From: Gekko japonicus
Taxonomy: Eukaryota
DNA: 64,000 nt
Direction of reading: 5' to 3'
Assembly: GCF_001447785.1 (NCBI RefSeq)
Contig: NW_015174905.1
Location: forward strand, 186,001 to 250,000
Shown here: positions 50,574 to 64,000 of the stretch, one piece after another
How the letters are laid out: every line of letters starts with the position of its first letter
How positions within the stretch are numbered: the first letter of the stretch is position 1
Position numbers and translations under genes: made by a program
Notes under the pieces: generated by a model
What the model saw: the letters and a program-made list of their open reading frames with translations, nothing else
Databases searched by the model: none
What the model was told of the DNA's origin: nothing

Positions 50574-51299
50574 CAGAAAGTAAGAATATAAGGAACAATA
50601 GATTTTAAAAAAGGAGAGAGGCTGATGCTTACAAATAGCTGGTTTGCAGGAATATAAATGGAACAAGATTATCAAAAGAAGTAAGTGAAGGAAAATATTT
50701 CAAAGGAGGAAAAACAACAAAGAAAATGATTAGAGTTAGGAAACCCAGTGCTGATAAAGAACATGATGATGAATGGGAAATGGGAGTAAAAGAAGAAAAA
50801 TAAATAAATAGTAGAAATGAATAAGCTTAGAGAAATATGCTCACTTAGCAGGAAGTAAGGTGTCAGAAAGAAACAAATCCTTGGATATAAAATATCAGAA
50901 AGAGGGTGGATCTCACACCATGCATGAATACAGGGCCGAAACCAGCAAAGGAAAGGTGGCAAGGGTACCACGGTTCAAGAAATAAAGGCTAACAAGATCA
51001 GGCAGGGCGAGAAGATCAAATGTGCTGGGGAAAGCTGAGTAGGAGCAGAATCCAAAGAAGATTAATATGAGAAGGGGAAAAATCAATATTTGTTTACTAA
51101 TATAATCACAAAGAACAGTCTTAGGGAGTGGAAGATGGAGAATGTTTAGAGGTGAAGATAATAACACAAAGAAAAAAGGATAGCTGAGATATTCTACACT
51201 AAATGTTTTATTGGAAGTTACCACACAGCTTTTGATTGACCTTCCCAATAAATATAGCTGAGATCTGTACATGTAAGGCAGTCATCTTCAAATATTTTA

Positions 51300-51527
<228 letters not shown>

Positions 51528-52961
51528 CTACATTTCTTTAAGAACAGTGGGTTGGGTCCAATGGGAGTGCAACTTCCGTGGCTGCCTCCTCTCAGGGCAG
51601 CCTGAAATGACTTCTGAAATATTGCTTCTGGGGGAGATCCCTGAAAACAGGATTTTCGGAGGTATTTCAGATTGCCTCGGGAAGGGGAGCCATGCAAGTT
51701 ACCTTCCATGGGTACAGCCCATGGAAATGCTGTCCTGGATCCAACCTCGCTGTACTTTAATAAAGAGCTTTGTGGCACTTTAAATACAAACACATATATT
51801 GCGGCTTAAGACACCACACTTGGAGCTACTTAAGACTTTTTTGCAATTATTAAAATTTTGAAAAAGCAGTTGATTGATACTGGTGGGAAAAGATGAGTGA
51901 ACAGCTTATGGCACGGGTTAAATATACAATGCATTACAAAACGTTCTAAGCGACTTTTCTCCTGCTCTGTGAATACGTATAAGCTACCTACTACATTCAC
52001 AGGTACGCTTTGGACTACAGGCACTCTTCTGCCACAGTAATGGTAACAGTGGAACAACAGTTTTATTGGTGAAGGAGTGGAAGAATTTTGTCAATGCCCC
52101 TGATACTGTAGATGGAGGTCCCCTCTCCTTAGCCCTAGGATCAGAATGGGGAGGGGAGCACCTCACTGGGCTGTACCCGAAAGAAGGCGCTTGGAAAGTC
52201 TTCTTCCACTGTTTGCTATCCAAGCCAGGTACTCTTATGCAATTGATATGGACAACAGACTTGTTCTATTCTTTCCTTGTTCTCCTGCAATTTTTTAAAA
52301 TCATAAGCATGGCCTAAAATCTTATTCCTGCCACCGTGTTTTCTAAAATATGCTCCAGTTCATATAAGGGAATTGGAGACCGTTAATTGGGAAACATAGG
52401 CTGACATACCGTCGGTCTTTTGGAACTAGTTTCAAAGTTCTTTGGATCCTAACCAGAATAACTTTAAAGGCAATTATTAAATGCAGCTGACAATTTCAGA
52501 CATGTTGAAAATAAACCTTATACAGGGAGCTCCATGAACCTGAGATACAAAAGCAGCCCAGAACCAAGATACTGCACAGCATTTGCTATTTTTTTCAACA
52601 TCAAAGAATTAGAAGATAAATATTTGTTAAATATTTGGAACTAAAATTGCCCCCCATGTGTGTTTGTATGTTTATGTACGTGTATTTCTGTTGTGTGTGT
52701 TCAAAATAAAGAAAAATATTATATCTAAAAAAAAAGAATTAGAAGTTGGGTGATTTTTAGTAACACAAAATCATGACCAAGAACCTTGATGATGAAATAG
52801 TTTGTGATACATAGAGGATCATACTGCAGTTCTAGGCTACTGTAAGCTAATTTCTATGTTTTTAAGAACATACTACATTACACTGTTCTTGTCTACTCTT
52901 GGAGGCCATACTTCACATGTTTCATTTTTAAATCAACATGATTCCAGAAGGTAACTCATAC

Positions 52962-53072
52962 AATGTATAGCTGTTAATTGCTTCTTGTACGCTTTTGGTA
53001 AAAGGTGCTGGAAGAGAATCTTCAGTCTTTCCTTGTATGTCACGGTCTGCAGATCCTTTGGACAGCCCTCTT
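52962..53072 (-). CDS. FAM149A: FAM149A exon 2 (most 5' exon found in window)
   Basis: Polypyrimidine tract + cag|RGLSKGSADRDIQGKTEDSLPAPFTKSVQEAINSYT(F)|gtatga; resembles human [20 protein letters not shown]; 111 nt. Confidence 0.88.
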
Positions 53073-54135
53073 CTGGAAGAAATAAAGAAGGGTTTAAAAA
53101 AAAAGAAGGATGCAATTAATTCCATTTTCTTGCACAGAATCAAAATTTTGATCCCTGCACTCTACCACACACCATGAATAAAAGAGCATATCAAGATTTA
53201 AAAGAAATTTATAGTTACAGACATCTGCACACTCTCCTTAAACAGGCAGCTAAAATTGCATGGTGTTCTACAGGGCCAGCTTCACATTTAAATTAGGCTC
53301 TGAGCCACAACTTGTACAGTGTTAGCACATTAGGAATGCATGGCTCCAGCAGACGTTACTTTGGCACGCTTTACTTATATAATTTTGAAGGGCCAATTTA
53401 AACACATAGACAAGCAATTTTAACTCCCCCTGCATTACTATTAAATCGAGCCACAATCCCCACCTCCATGCCATCAAGTGGTCTGCCAGCAAGTTCTACT
53501 GCCAAGAAGTACTTTATGTACATTTTTCTGTCAAGACTCAGAGGTTCCAGTTACTGAACCTTTAGTGCTTATAATATTTACTAAAGGATGCCAGCACAAT
53601 CGAAAGTATCCTCAACATATTTTTATACAGAACAGAATAACACTGCATTAAAAAATTGAGGTAGCAGATATTCTGCCATTTTCACAAACACAATGCTCGC
53701 ATCAATAATTGGTGAACAGCATTTAACTTCTATACATATACCTTACTTGCTCTTTTCCATCCTGTTTATGTGAGATAAAACACATATGCAGGAATACAGA
53801 TAAAACAAGAAACATTCATTTTGTTCATTTGTCAAAGAGGAAGAGAGAAGCATATTTCCCCAGTGGTGAACCCCTCTTCCAAACTAGACTATGGTTTGAG
53901 TTCTGCTTTCTGTCTCCAGAAAGAAAAAAGCAGAGCCTCTTTACAAATGAAGCCTCACTTTCTCACAGTAGCTTAGCATAGACCCTTCAGGAGCATCGTT
54001 ACACTCCGTTATTTGAGGGAATGTCTTCTACAATAGACCCATGGTATAAAGTGAGGAAAGCATCCAGCTGAATCAGTAACCCCTTGTGCTCAAAGAACTG
54101 TGGGGGGGGGGGGATACTCAAGACAAGGTGTGGAG

Positions 54136-54310
54136 CAGTGTTCCCTCTAAGCTGAGTTTTTTTAGCCTCCAGCTCACACATTTGTCTTAGCTCAGGAAGG
54201 ATGCCTCCACAGCAAACTAATTTATGCAGTAGCCAAATCGTTCATTCACAACTTTAATGCCAGTAGCTCATAAAGTAGAATTCTTGCTCCACAGCTTAGA
54301 GGGAACATTG
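54136..54310. mobile_element. hAT MITE with 8-bp TSD
   Basis: TIRs cagtgttccctctaagc / gcttagagggaacattg; TSD gtgtggag. Confidence 0.9.
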
Positions 54311-54959
54311 GTGTGGAGTTATTTAGTATATTATTTGGTTTAAAAACAACAACAACAACTATGTATCCCACTTCCTCATTTCATAAAAAAACAACTATGT
54401 ATCCCACTTCCTCATTTCAGTTTGATGTGGCTTACAAGACCAAAGTTTAAAATGCATAAAAATAAACAAATAAATAAAACTGCAACATTAAAACAACAGC
54501 TGTAAAAAACCCCGCAAAAATAAAGCAGCTAAGTGGCCTAACACTTCCAGAAAAATCATCATTCTGGAAATTTAAGAAAGCAGCTTGGTATAATTTTAAG
54601 AACTATTACATCAAACAGCATGCTCGACACCTCCTTTGGAAGACCATTCCATAGCACATAGTGAGTCCACTACTGAAAATCTACCAAGGTCCAAGCTTGC
54701 TACAGAGATGGTATCAGCAGAAGCAATGCGGGAGGGGTGTGTGTGGACATGAACCAGAACATGATGCGATGCCCTCTGGGAACAGAAGAACATCATAGCC
54801 AGGGCCCACAGGGTCTTGAAAGCACCAACCCAGTCACTGCTTCCATGCACGGGGACAAGGCTTTCTGCTCCTGCACCTTCTCCCTCTATCCAGCCCTCCC
54901 TATCCTTTCCTCGTCGTTGCCATTATTTACAGCCCCAGCTGGTTTCTGTGTTCCACCCT

Positions 54960-55195
54960 CCTCAATACTCCAGGTGCGGCCTGACCAAAGCAGTGTACAG
55001 TGGGACTGTGACATCTTGCGATTTGGATTTTATGTCTCTGTTGATACACCCCAAGTTCGCATTAGCCTTTTTTGTCACCGCATCACACTGACTGCTCATA
55101 TTTAACTTAGGGTCCACCCGTACCCTAATATCTTGTTCACATACATTGTTACCCAGAAGTGTATCCCCCATCCAGTATGTGTGTTCCTCATTTTT
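54960..55195 (-). mobile_element. CR1 LINE fragment
   Basis: KLNMSSQCDAVTKKANANLGCINR...VPLYTALVRPHLEY. Confidence 0.9.
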
Positions 55196-58100
55196 GTGGT
55201 AGGTTAGGCTGAGAGGGGATTCCACTCTAGTTTGACACTCTAACCACTAGACCACACTGGTTCTGAAAAGCTTTACAAATAACAACAAGCACCTTAAATT
55301 GAGCCAAGAAACACAGAGGTATACATCTGCTTTCAAACTGGAGTTAAAAGTTCGCCTTTAAGAAAATCCCCAACTCCCAGTGCATTGCACTGACTTTCAA
55401 CAGGGGAATTTGTCCAATATTTACCTAACCATATTAGATCTCCCTCCAGAGAGAGACATGCCTTCAGGCATGAGACACAGTTCCACTGCATAAGTCAATA
55501 CAGCTCCTCTACGCAAGTCTCAACAGAGGGTGTTCTTCCTGATGGAGATCAGCAAGTGCACTGGGAATTCGCAATTTTTCTGTAAAGTAACTTTGCATCT
55601 TTTTGGCTTTGCCTTTTCTGAAGTTTGTGTGTCGTCAACCCCCTCCACCAGTTTTCATAGAGAAAGAAAAAGCTCTAAAGAGTATCAACAACAGACTTGA
55701 GAACAACCAGAAGAACAAAGAAAATTACCTGACACAATAATGAGAAAGAAGCCTACAACACACACAACAATATGAAAGAACTGAGAGCTCTGGCAAACTT
55801 TGCAGGCACGGAATGTTCATATAAAATTCAGATTGTTGTTGTTGTAGGATGGAAGATTCTTAACGTATCATTTCAAAAACATGGCCCCATTCAGAACTCC
55901 AAAATCTAAGAAGAAATTTGGATAAGAATTCTGGAAATTCTTGTTTAATTATAACAGCCCAAAATAAAGAGACAAGCATCAAGGTTAAGGACTTGCACGG
56001 GGGGCGGGGCGGGGGGATGTCCCTTTTGCTTTTGTTGAAAGTCACCCCAATGAACAAGTTTGCACTTACAGGCAACAAAGAATGCCATGCTTTTTCAACA
56101 GTTAAGATGAAGGACAGAATATCCCTCAGGGATCACCAAGGCACAGGCCTGGAATCCGGCATGAGAACCAAAGCTTAACCTTGAAACGTATGAAGTAATA
56201 GCGTTTTCCACAGCTTTTTCACTGGAAAAAATGAAGGAGGGGGTTCCCCCTCCTGAAAAGGCTACACTGGGGCTCATGAGATTTGCCTGGAAAAAAGACA
56301 TGTGAAACAGGGGCTGTAATAAGAAAGGGAACTGGCAGAGACTGAGCAGAAAAGAGCGCTGGATCTAACCTGCAATCTAGAGCAAACTGTTTTATAACAC
56401 GTGTTCCATGAGCTGAAAACCCTGGGATGAATTTTACTTCTGACAAGTGTACTGAGTAGCCTAAGTGCCCCATCTGAATTGTGGAGATAATAATACATGT
56501 CTACCTTGCAATTATTGCTTTATTTGTATGTACAGTGTTTGCATTATATTAAACAAAAAATTTAAAAATGTCAACCTTACAAGACAATTGTAAGGACTAC
56601 AATGTACATGAAACGCTCGGAATGCTTATTGGTTCATTTCTGTAAAGAACTTCTGCTGATGTAATCTGCTTTGGGCTTGTACAGGGGGAAAATGAGGAAT
56701 AAATATTCCATAAATATTTAGCCAAAAATGAGTAATTTTTTATTTTTGAATCTATAACTATAATTTTCATCACATTATTTCTACAATTTTAATGCATTCT
56801 TTTGCACGGGAAGAAAAATTTCTTTGAACCAATTTCAATTTCTTTGAACCACATGGCAAACTGGATTTGAAAATTATAATACTTGAAAATTATAATTAAA
56901 GTTATTCTTTTCTCCCTTGCAAAGGGATGCACTGCACAGCATAGGAAACAAATGCTTGTTTGTAAACAAGTGTACATGTTTCAGGGAGCACCTACCAACT
57001 GCAGCTCTTTAACCCTTTACCTTATTGCATGTGTCTTCTTTAATACAGGTGTCTTATCTTGCTTGTATTGTTTTAGCATACCCACCGCATGTACTGGCCA
57101 GTGCTACAAGCAAAAAACAAAACTCATAGTTTTAAATACTTCCCTTAAATACAATAATAATGCCACTATAATGCATAGTGAGCAGGTTAGGTTCATGGCA
57201 CAGGTTTCTAGGCTGTTTGCTTCTGCAGACTGTATGTCTGCTTATTCATTTACTTACAAGGTAGTTACTGATTAAAAGCTTCTCCCAGTGGACTTTTAAA
57301 GGAAAATATAGTATCTACCACTTGCTTATAAAATAGGGATATGGAGGGATGATGAATTTGAAATCCCAGTGTTATTTTCTTAGCAATAATACATTTTGTT
57401 TTTCTGATGGAGATCCCCGTAGCCCTAAAATAGAGGAAATACATTAAGGCACATTCAAACTCTTTCAGTTAAAATTTCTCCTGAAGAAATATATGTGCCT
57501 GCTAATTACTTGCCCATGCCAAACAGGCTTTATTAGCTTGCCTTATGAACATATTCCAAAATGGGAACAGCAGCCTTGCTACACCTTAGAGCAACAACAT
57601 CAGTACATTAACAGTGCAATCTTAAAAATAATCTCCTGGGAATAAGCCCTGTTGAATAGATCCAGGGAGGAGTCCAAGATCTGCTAGAGTGAGCAGTGTA
57701 AAACGCAACAGAAATGGAAAACAACCCCCCTTTTTACTTAAACTATTAAATCATATATATTTTAATGTTACTATTTTCATTGTGTGCGTGCACTGTGATA
57801 TTTTACCTCCTGATGCAAATGCAGTATTTACAAGCAAGCAGTATATTTACATTTACACACAGCTACTAGATGAACGCAGGTAGGGGGCTGCACAATGCAC
57901 CCAGCATTCTCTCCCCACCCCCTGCACAAATTCCACTCATGGCTGAGATTGCTGCTACTGTATGTGTAAGTGGTTGAGAGAGGACGGCCAGAGGCCTGAC
58001 AGCTGAGAATATACACATATACACACATTCATAAGCACCCATTTTTGACAAATCTGACATTTCAGCCCCAGAACTTCAGACTTACCCTATGATAACCAGC

Positions 58101-58254
58101 TCTGGCTCCAGCTCTTGCTGCCGAGGGTTGGAAGCCACGGGCAGCAGACAGGAACACCGGACCCCGCCAACAAAGGGCATGAAAAGCACATGAAAAGCCT
58201 AAGGAGGCTCTCTGCCCCTCCCGTCCTCAGGAGCTCTGCTTTGCCACTCTCTCA

Positions 58255-58488
58255 CACAAACACACACATCATCATCATTTCATTTCAGGACATGATCCTC
58301 CACATCCTTCCAGGAGAGAGGGGTGTGTCTGTAAGCGCATTTATATGAAAGAGAAGGGGAGGGGAATCACAAACGCACACACATCATCATTTCATTTCAG
58401 CACATGATCCTCCACATCCCTCCAGGAGAGAGGGGTGTGTCTGTGTGTGTGTGTGTAAGTGCATTTATATGAAAGAGAAGGGGAGGGG
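58255..58488. repeat. Imperfect ~120-bp tandem duplication
   Basis: catgatcctccacatcc.tccaggagagaggggtgtgtctg...gcatttatatgaaagagaaggggagggga occurs twice. Confidence 0.85.
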
Positions 58489-59232
58489 AAAGGAAGGATA
58501 TCTGCAGAGGCAGCTCTGGCTCTGCTTGTGTCTCATACGCTGCTCCTGGAGCTTCCCAGAGAGCTCTTGCCAGATATAAACACATCTTTTGGCAAGCAGA
58601 ATTCCAAAACAGCTGCATTAAAAGGGAATGGCCATTCAACAATGGAAGCAGAAGCCGTAAAGGTCATGTTTTGCTATTATTAACAGAGTATTGGTCCTGC
58701 AAAAAAGAAAAAAGGGAAAAAAAGCCCCTTCTGTCTGACCCGGGGCTGATTTACTATGCTTGATCTGAGGCTGAGTGCATATGAGTATCTGTTGACTAAC
58801 TGGGAATTTTACTGTGTGTCAGTCAGCAAGCAGTTTCATCGCTCAGACAGAAAAGGGAAGGATTCCTGATCGCTGCTTTCAGTGTATATTGATATTATGG
58901 CATCTTCTTCCCACCACAAAATTCCTAAACGCCTATGTCCGTTATATGATTATTTCCTCAGTCGTCTCTGATCCTTCAAAATACAATGGCACTTGTACCA
59001 TGGCACATATGAAGAAAGAAGCAGAGGAGGTTTTCACTATGGAAGATGCATCCCGCTATTGCAAATTCCTTTTTTTGGAACTGAAGGGAAGGTGACGAAG
59101 GTAGAGGTTTTGTGTTGGATTAGCCAGCTTCTCTTCAAATATTTAGCAGGAAATAGGACTGTAGGGAGATCCGCCACCCCTTTAAAGAATACAGTATATG
59201 ATCATACTAGTTGTTAGGTTTTTAAATGAGTC

Positions 59233-59359
59233 AGGCAGGAGCTGGAACTAGAGACGGGAGCTCACTCTGTCCTGCGGCACCCGGGTCTCGAACTGCTGAA
59301 CTACTGACCTTCCACAGCCTGCAGTTCAGCATCTTAACCACTTGAGCCACCGCAGCTCC
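59233..59359 (-). mobile_element. Sauria SINE 5' fragment
   Basis: Matches 17051-17176. Confidence 0.85.
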
Positions 59360-61350
59360 TTACAAAGCAGCTGCGGGGAACTAATTTTTATGGCATCACA
59401 GGGATCCACTTCAGACTGAGACATGACACAGGGGAAGGATGCACTTCTGCCCCCTTCCCATACACCATTTTCCTGAGCCCACATGGCTGTGTGGGCATTA
59501 TTTGCCCCCATTTGAATGTGCAGGTACAGTAGTCTATGCATGTATATTTCCAAAATGGTGCAAACGTCACATCTTGTTTTGCCCTTATACTGATTTCCAT
59601 GTTACAAATATGGATGACACTTTATAAAAGCATGGCAGACACAAGGCAGAACCTTATTACAATACATTGTCATGTCTTGGATGCACAGAACAGAAGTCTG
59701 AAAATGGCACTTACTGTGATATAAACCTAGGGATGGATCTAATGATTCTCTTCCACCGTGTCTTCCTCCAACAAAGAAAAACCTTCTTTGACAAACCCAG
59801 ATTTTCTCCAATAAAGAAATTCTCCATCACAAAAAGTAATTCTCAGCTAAAGGAAGTCTTTTCCCCTTGAAACAATACTTAGCAGAAGAGAGTCATAGAC
59901 GAACACCTAGCAGATTTATTTATTGCATAAACATATTCTGATTCCTTTAAATACAGTCTTAAGTACAAAAAAAAGTGGCATATACTCATGTGGGTAATCC
60001 TTACAAATAGCAAGCTCCACTCTCTTCTGACAACTTTTAAATAATTGGGTACACCAGACCCAAATTGGGTCAGAAGGAAGGGCAAGGTTCAGCTGAATCT
60101 CTTTTGCAAAATTTTACAAGATATAGGTTACAGCCAGAGGCTATAGGTACTAGGAATGTTTTAACTGGTTTGGAGTATGAGAATTGCACACAATTTGTAT
60201 AAACATAGCACTTTAACACAGCATAGCTGTGGAACATGTACTGATTCTTTGCTACTCTTAGGAACACACAGTGCCTTTATCCATATGGAGGATTAAATGC
60301 TTCCATCATATGACAGTTTTTCTATGCTGCTGATTTACTGCTTGATGTGGTCTCTGCCAAAAACCCCAAGTCAATGCCAAAAACCATAATCGGTACTGAT
60401 GTGCAAATTCACCACTCCAAGGTAAGCAAATCACTTGATCAACTGTCCTTTATGGTTTAGTGGAAGAAACAGTACACCAAGTCTGTTTCCCGCTTCTTCC
60501 ACTTTATGCACAAAAGTAGCAAGAGGTCCCACTTTTAGCCTTCATCCAAAAGTAAATAAATCTTTGATTACTCTGTGGCAGCCAAGTGGGGATGCTAAAT
60601 ACATTATTATGGGCATCAGAACTCACTTCAACTTAATGTGTTTGCACAGTCAACGGAATGAACACAAGTTGACGCAAGCTGAAAAATTACATCAAGGTCA
60701 CAGCTTCCAGACTTAATTCTCTCCTTAGTAATCATGGAAACAACAGAATTACCAGTTGAGTAAGAGTTTTATGATGATAGAAGAGATTCAGCAACAGAGT
60801 TTAGTTGAAACACCCTGGAATTCTGTATAGGTAGCCAGCTTGCTTCAGAATAAAGAAAGATCCTGAGAGAGCAACCCCAAGAAAACAAGCTCTGACTGCT
60901 CCATGAAGGCTTGGACCCTAAAATATCATAAATGTTCCTAGCAATGAAATTTGAGAGAAATTATGATTTTCCCCATTTTTGCTTTTTCCTTTTCATTTTC
61001 ATGTTCTGAAATGGGGCAAAGGCAAAGCCAATTAGACCAAGACAGAGAGGGGAAGGGGAGTGGAAACAAAATCCTGCAAGTGCGGTCTTTCTCAAATGGA
61101 AGTTTCTCTCAAGGGATAAATTCTTTCTTGCTCATTCATGCCCCAGCTTTTCTCAGTACAGTTCCCAGAACCTGCTGCCAAATTATTCTTCCACACAGGA
61201 AAATAATGTAACGCCTCTTATTGATGCTATATTTCTTTAGTGATTTACACCACACCTTTCTCCCCAGTAGAGATCCAAAACAGCTTACAATATTCTTGTC
61301 TCCTCCATTTCATCCTCACAACAACCCTGTGCAGTAGCTTAGGTTGAGAG

Positions 61351-63545
61351 AACAAAACATTGGACTTACCATTAGGTTCCTTCTTCTTGAGGGTGAGGAG
61401 GACACTCTGATATGCTTGGGTTCCTATTCCACAATCCCTGGAGGCAGGAAACTGAGTGCACTTTCCATCTCCAGGGGGAGGAGGAGCCCACCCTCAGTCT
61501 GGAGACTTCTGCAGCTGTTAACAGTCCACAGTGTGTGCCAAACAAACAAACAAACAGACACAACAAGGCTTACAGTACCCAATGAAACAAACTACACAGA
61601 TAAAGATACACTGTTAGAACAGTGAACGAACAATGAACATGGAGATTGGCAGTCAGTCACTCTTTAGAAAATGTAATAGGCTGAACAGAGACCCTCCAAC
61701 TAGGGTGGGACCAGAGTGTCCCCCTCGCTGTCGAGAAGAAGGAGTAAGTCGAATGTTCTTTGGGGTAAGTCGAATGTTCCATTCTCTCTTGAGGGGAGGA
61801 GGACACTCTGATATGCTTGGGATGTTACAAAGATCATCTGATCCAGGGAGGGAAAAGTGACTACCAACCATATAGATAACAGTAGGACTAGACCACTTGC
61901 TGTTGGACTGTCCAGAAGCATCAGCCACAGCGTCAGAGTCCATCTTGTAGTGCCTGATAAATGTTGACACGAAAGCCCAGGTAAGATGCCTTACAGCCCA
62001 GGTAAGATGCGTTACAGACATCTGCTAAGCTGGGTCTGGGTGACAGATGGGACTCTGTGTTAGCATACTGGGTGACAGTGGAACTTCCCATGAAGGTTGA
62101 ACCGATGATTTCAACAGGTTGGAAAACAAAGGCCTCCTGGGCCAGAATGGAGCCAGGCAAATCAACTCTGCCTTCTCCTGTTTCATTTTGTTCAGAACCT
62201 TTGGAATCAAAGGTGTGGGGTAAGTCATAAAGAAGGCCTGATGGCCATGGGGACACCAGAGCATCCACTTGTTCTGCTTGTTGACATTTGTCTCAAGAAG
62301 AATCTGGGTGTCTTGGCATTGGTTGGGGAGGCAATGCATGGTAGGCTGAAATGTAGAACTAGGGACTAGAATGTTTCCAGACGGAGGGTACGCTCCCCCT
62401 GGTCCAGCCTGGTGTGGTTGAGCCAGTCTGCTTGAACATTTGCTATGCCACTGATGTGTTCTGCTCTGAGAAAGGCCAGATATTGTTCTGCCCAGGACAT
62501 AAGGAATTGACTTCTGCTGTAGCCTTTTGGCTTTGGTGCCTCCCTGGCAGTTCACATGCGCCTTGGCCATAGTGTTGTCTGTCCATATACATATGTTCAA
62601 TTGAGACAGATGGTCTTGGAAGTGAAGAAGTGTCAGATGAATTGCATGCAGTTCGAAAGATTGATGCTGCTGAGGGAAGCTTCTTGATGGGACCAGATCC
62701 CCTGCATGTGGCCCACTGCATAACGGGCTCCCCAACCCATCAGGCTGGCATCTGTTGTGATCTGTAAGTCTGTGGTCACTTGGAAGGGTATGCCTACAAG
62801 CATTTCTTGTGCCACCCAGGAAAGTCCAAGATGCCACATGATTCTTAGAAAGGGAGTCCACAATCCAGGACTTGAGCCAGAGATGTCTTCTGGCTATCAG
62901 TGTGGAAGCCATGGCCCTTGCTGAGAACTTGATTGTGTCCAGGCTAGCATCAGACATGAAAACTGTGCATGTAACTTGACAGGCACTGATTTAAATCTGG
63001 GTATTCTTGAGACAGTTTATGAAGCCACATGTATGAGGCTCTTGCCATCAGAGAAGTGGTAGCAGAAGCTTTAATGGAGAAGGCAATGGCCTCATGCACT
63101 CTGCGGAGAGCTGAGTCACTTTTTCGATCACTGGGATTTTTAAGGGTGCCCTCTCCCTCTTTTGGAAGAGCCACCCCTGATGCTAAGCTAGCCACAGGAG
63201 CATCTACCACTGGAACTTTCAGTAAGCTGGTTAACTTGGGAGAAAAAGAGTACATTCTTTTAGCCTGTTCAGAATGTAAACAGTTATTGGTAGGATCTGA
63301 CGATTCCTCTTTTATTTCAGTTTTTAAAAAGGAAAGGAAGGAAAAAGTAGAACCAAGTTCTCTAACCATAGAAAAAACCTCATGGCCCCCTTTATCATCT
63401 TCTTCCTCCTCAGGGATTTCTACCTTAGGGGCAGAAAGCTGTAGGATTTTAATGCTTTATGTAAGAGAAAGCGGTGAGTTGGCTCGCTTTGTTGAGGAAT
63501 TTTGTCCTCAGACAACTAGCCTTCCTCTTGGAAGGTATTTCTTTA
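61351..63545 (-). mobile_element. Degenerate, internally deleted DIRS-type tyrosine-recombinase retrotransposon
   Basis: Gag/LAP2alpha-like VPVVDAPVASL...ARRHLWLKSW; RNase H ITTDASLMGWGA and TDNTMAKAHVNCQGGT; methyltransferase-like PLIPKVLNKMKQEKAELICLAPFWPRRP; recombinase tail TWA..STFIRHYKMD; terminal direct and inverted repeats at 61372-61822. Confidence 0.85.
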
Positions 63546-63908
63546 TTTAATTCCTTATATTTTTATTTAATACATTTTACCATTTGTTACATTTTGGAAT
63601 TTATCTTCATCTTTATTTCCAGGTACACATTGGTACTGATATTATTTCCAGTATATGCAACTNNNNNNNNNNNNNNNNNNNNNNNNNNNNNNNNNNNNNN
63701 NNNNNNNNNNNNNNNNNNNNNNNNNNNNNNNNNNNNNNNNNNNNNNNNNNNNNNNNNNNNNNNNNNNNNNNNNNNNNNNNNNNNNNNNNNNNNNNNNNNN
63801 NNNNNNNNNNNNNNNNNNNNNNNNNNNNNNNNNNNNNNNNNNNNNNNNNNNNNNNNNNNNNNNNNNNNNNNNNNNNNNNNNNNNNNNNNNNNNNNNNNNN
63901 NNNNTATA

Positions 63909-63985
63909 GGGGCTGCGGTGGCTCAAATGGTTAAGACAGTGAACTGCAGACCGGAAGGTCGGTAGTTCAACAGTTTGAGACCCAA
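63909..63985 (+). mobile_element. Sauria SINE 5' fragment
   Basis: ggggctgcggtggctcaaatggttaagac..tgaactgcag matches 38051-38125. Confidence 0.75.
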
Positions 63986-64000
63986 GGTTACCCAGTAAGT

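Noticed and set aside
53073-64000. FAM149A exon 1 or TLR3 exons
   Set aside because: No CpG island, GC-rich first exon or LRR/TIR coding segment seen; the region is best read as FAM149A intron 1.

Overview
Eukaryotic genomic DNA from a squamate reptile. Sauria and Squam3-type SINEs plus BovB suggest a gecko (inference). The assembly has four N gaps. Two protein-coding genes lie on the minus strand in the human order FAM149A -> CYP4V2. FAM149A is represented by 13 coding exons (53072 down to the TAA at 29166), which splice by hand into one open frame of 583 codons plus stop; its first exon is outside the window. A CYP4V2-like P450 is represented by coding exon 1 (3158-2948) in a CpG island; its other exons lie left of the window. 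Most of the rest is mobile DNA: L1, L2, CR1 and RTE/BovB LINE fragments, several SINE families, hAT and Harbinger-type MITEs with target-site duplications (TSDs), Helitron-like pieces, a degenerate DIRS retrotransposon, and tandem repeats. The most striking unexplained structure is a 115-nt inverted copy (43214-43328) of the FAM149A intron 6 3' splice site plus the 5' part of exon 7 (44858-44977), located in intron 8. In the pre-mRNA it could fold back into a long duplex that hides the acceptor and encloses exon 8, making it a candidate editing-complementary or splicing-control element. Exon numbers assume a single upstream first exon. Family names come from recognised motifs, not database searches, and most repeat boundaries are approximate.
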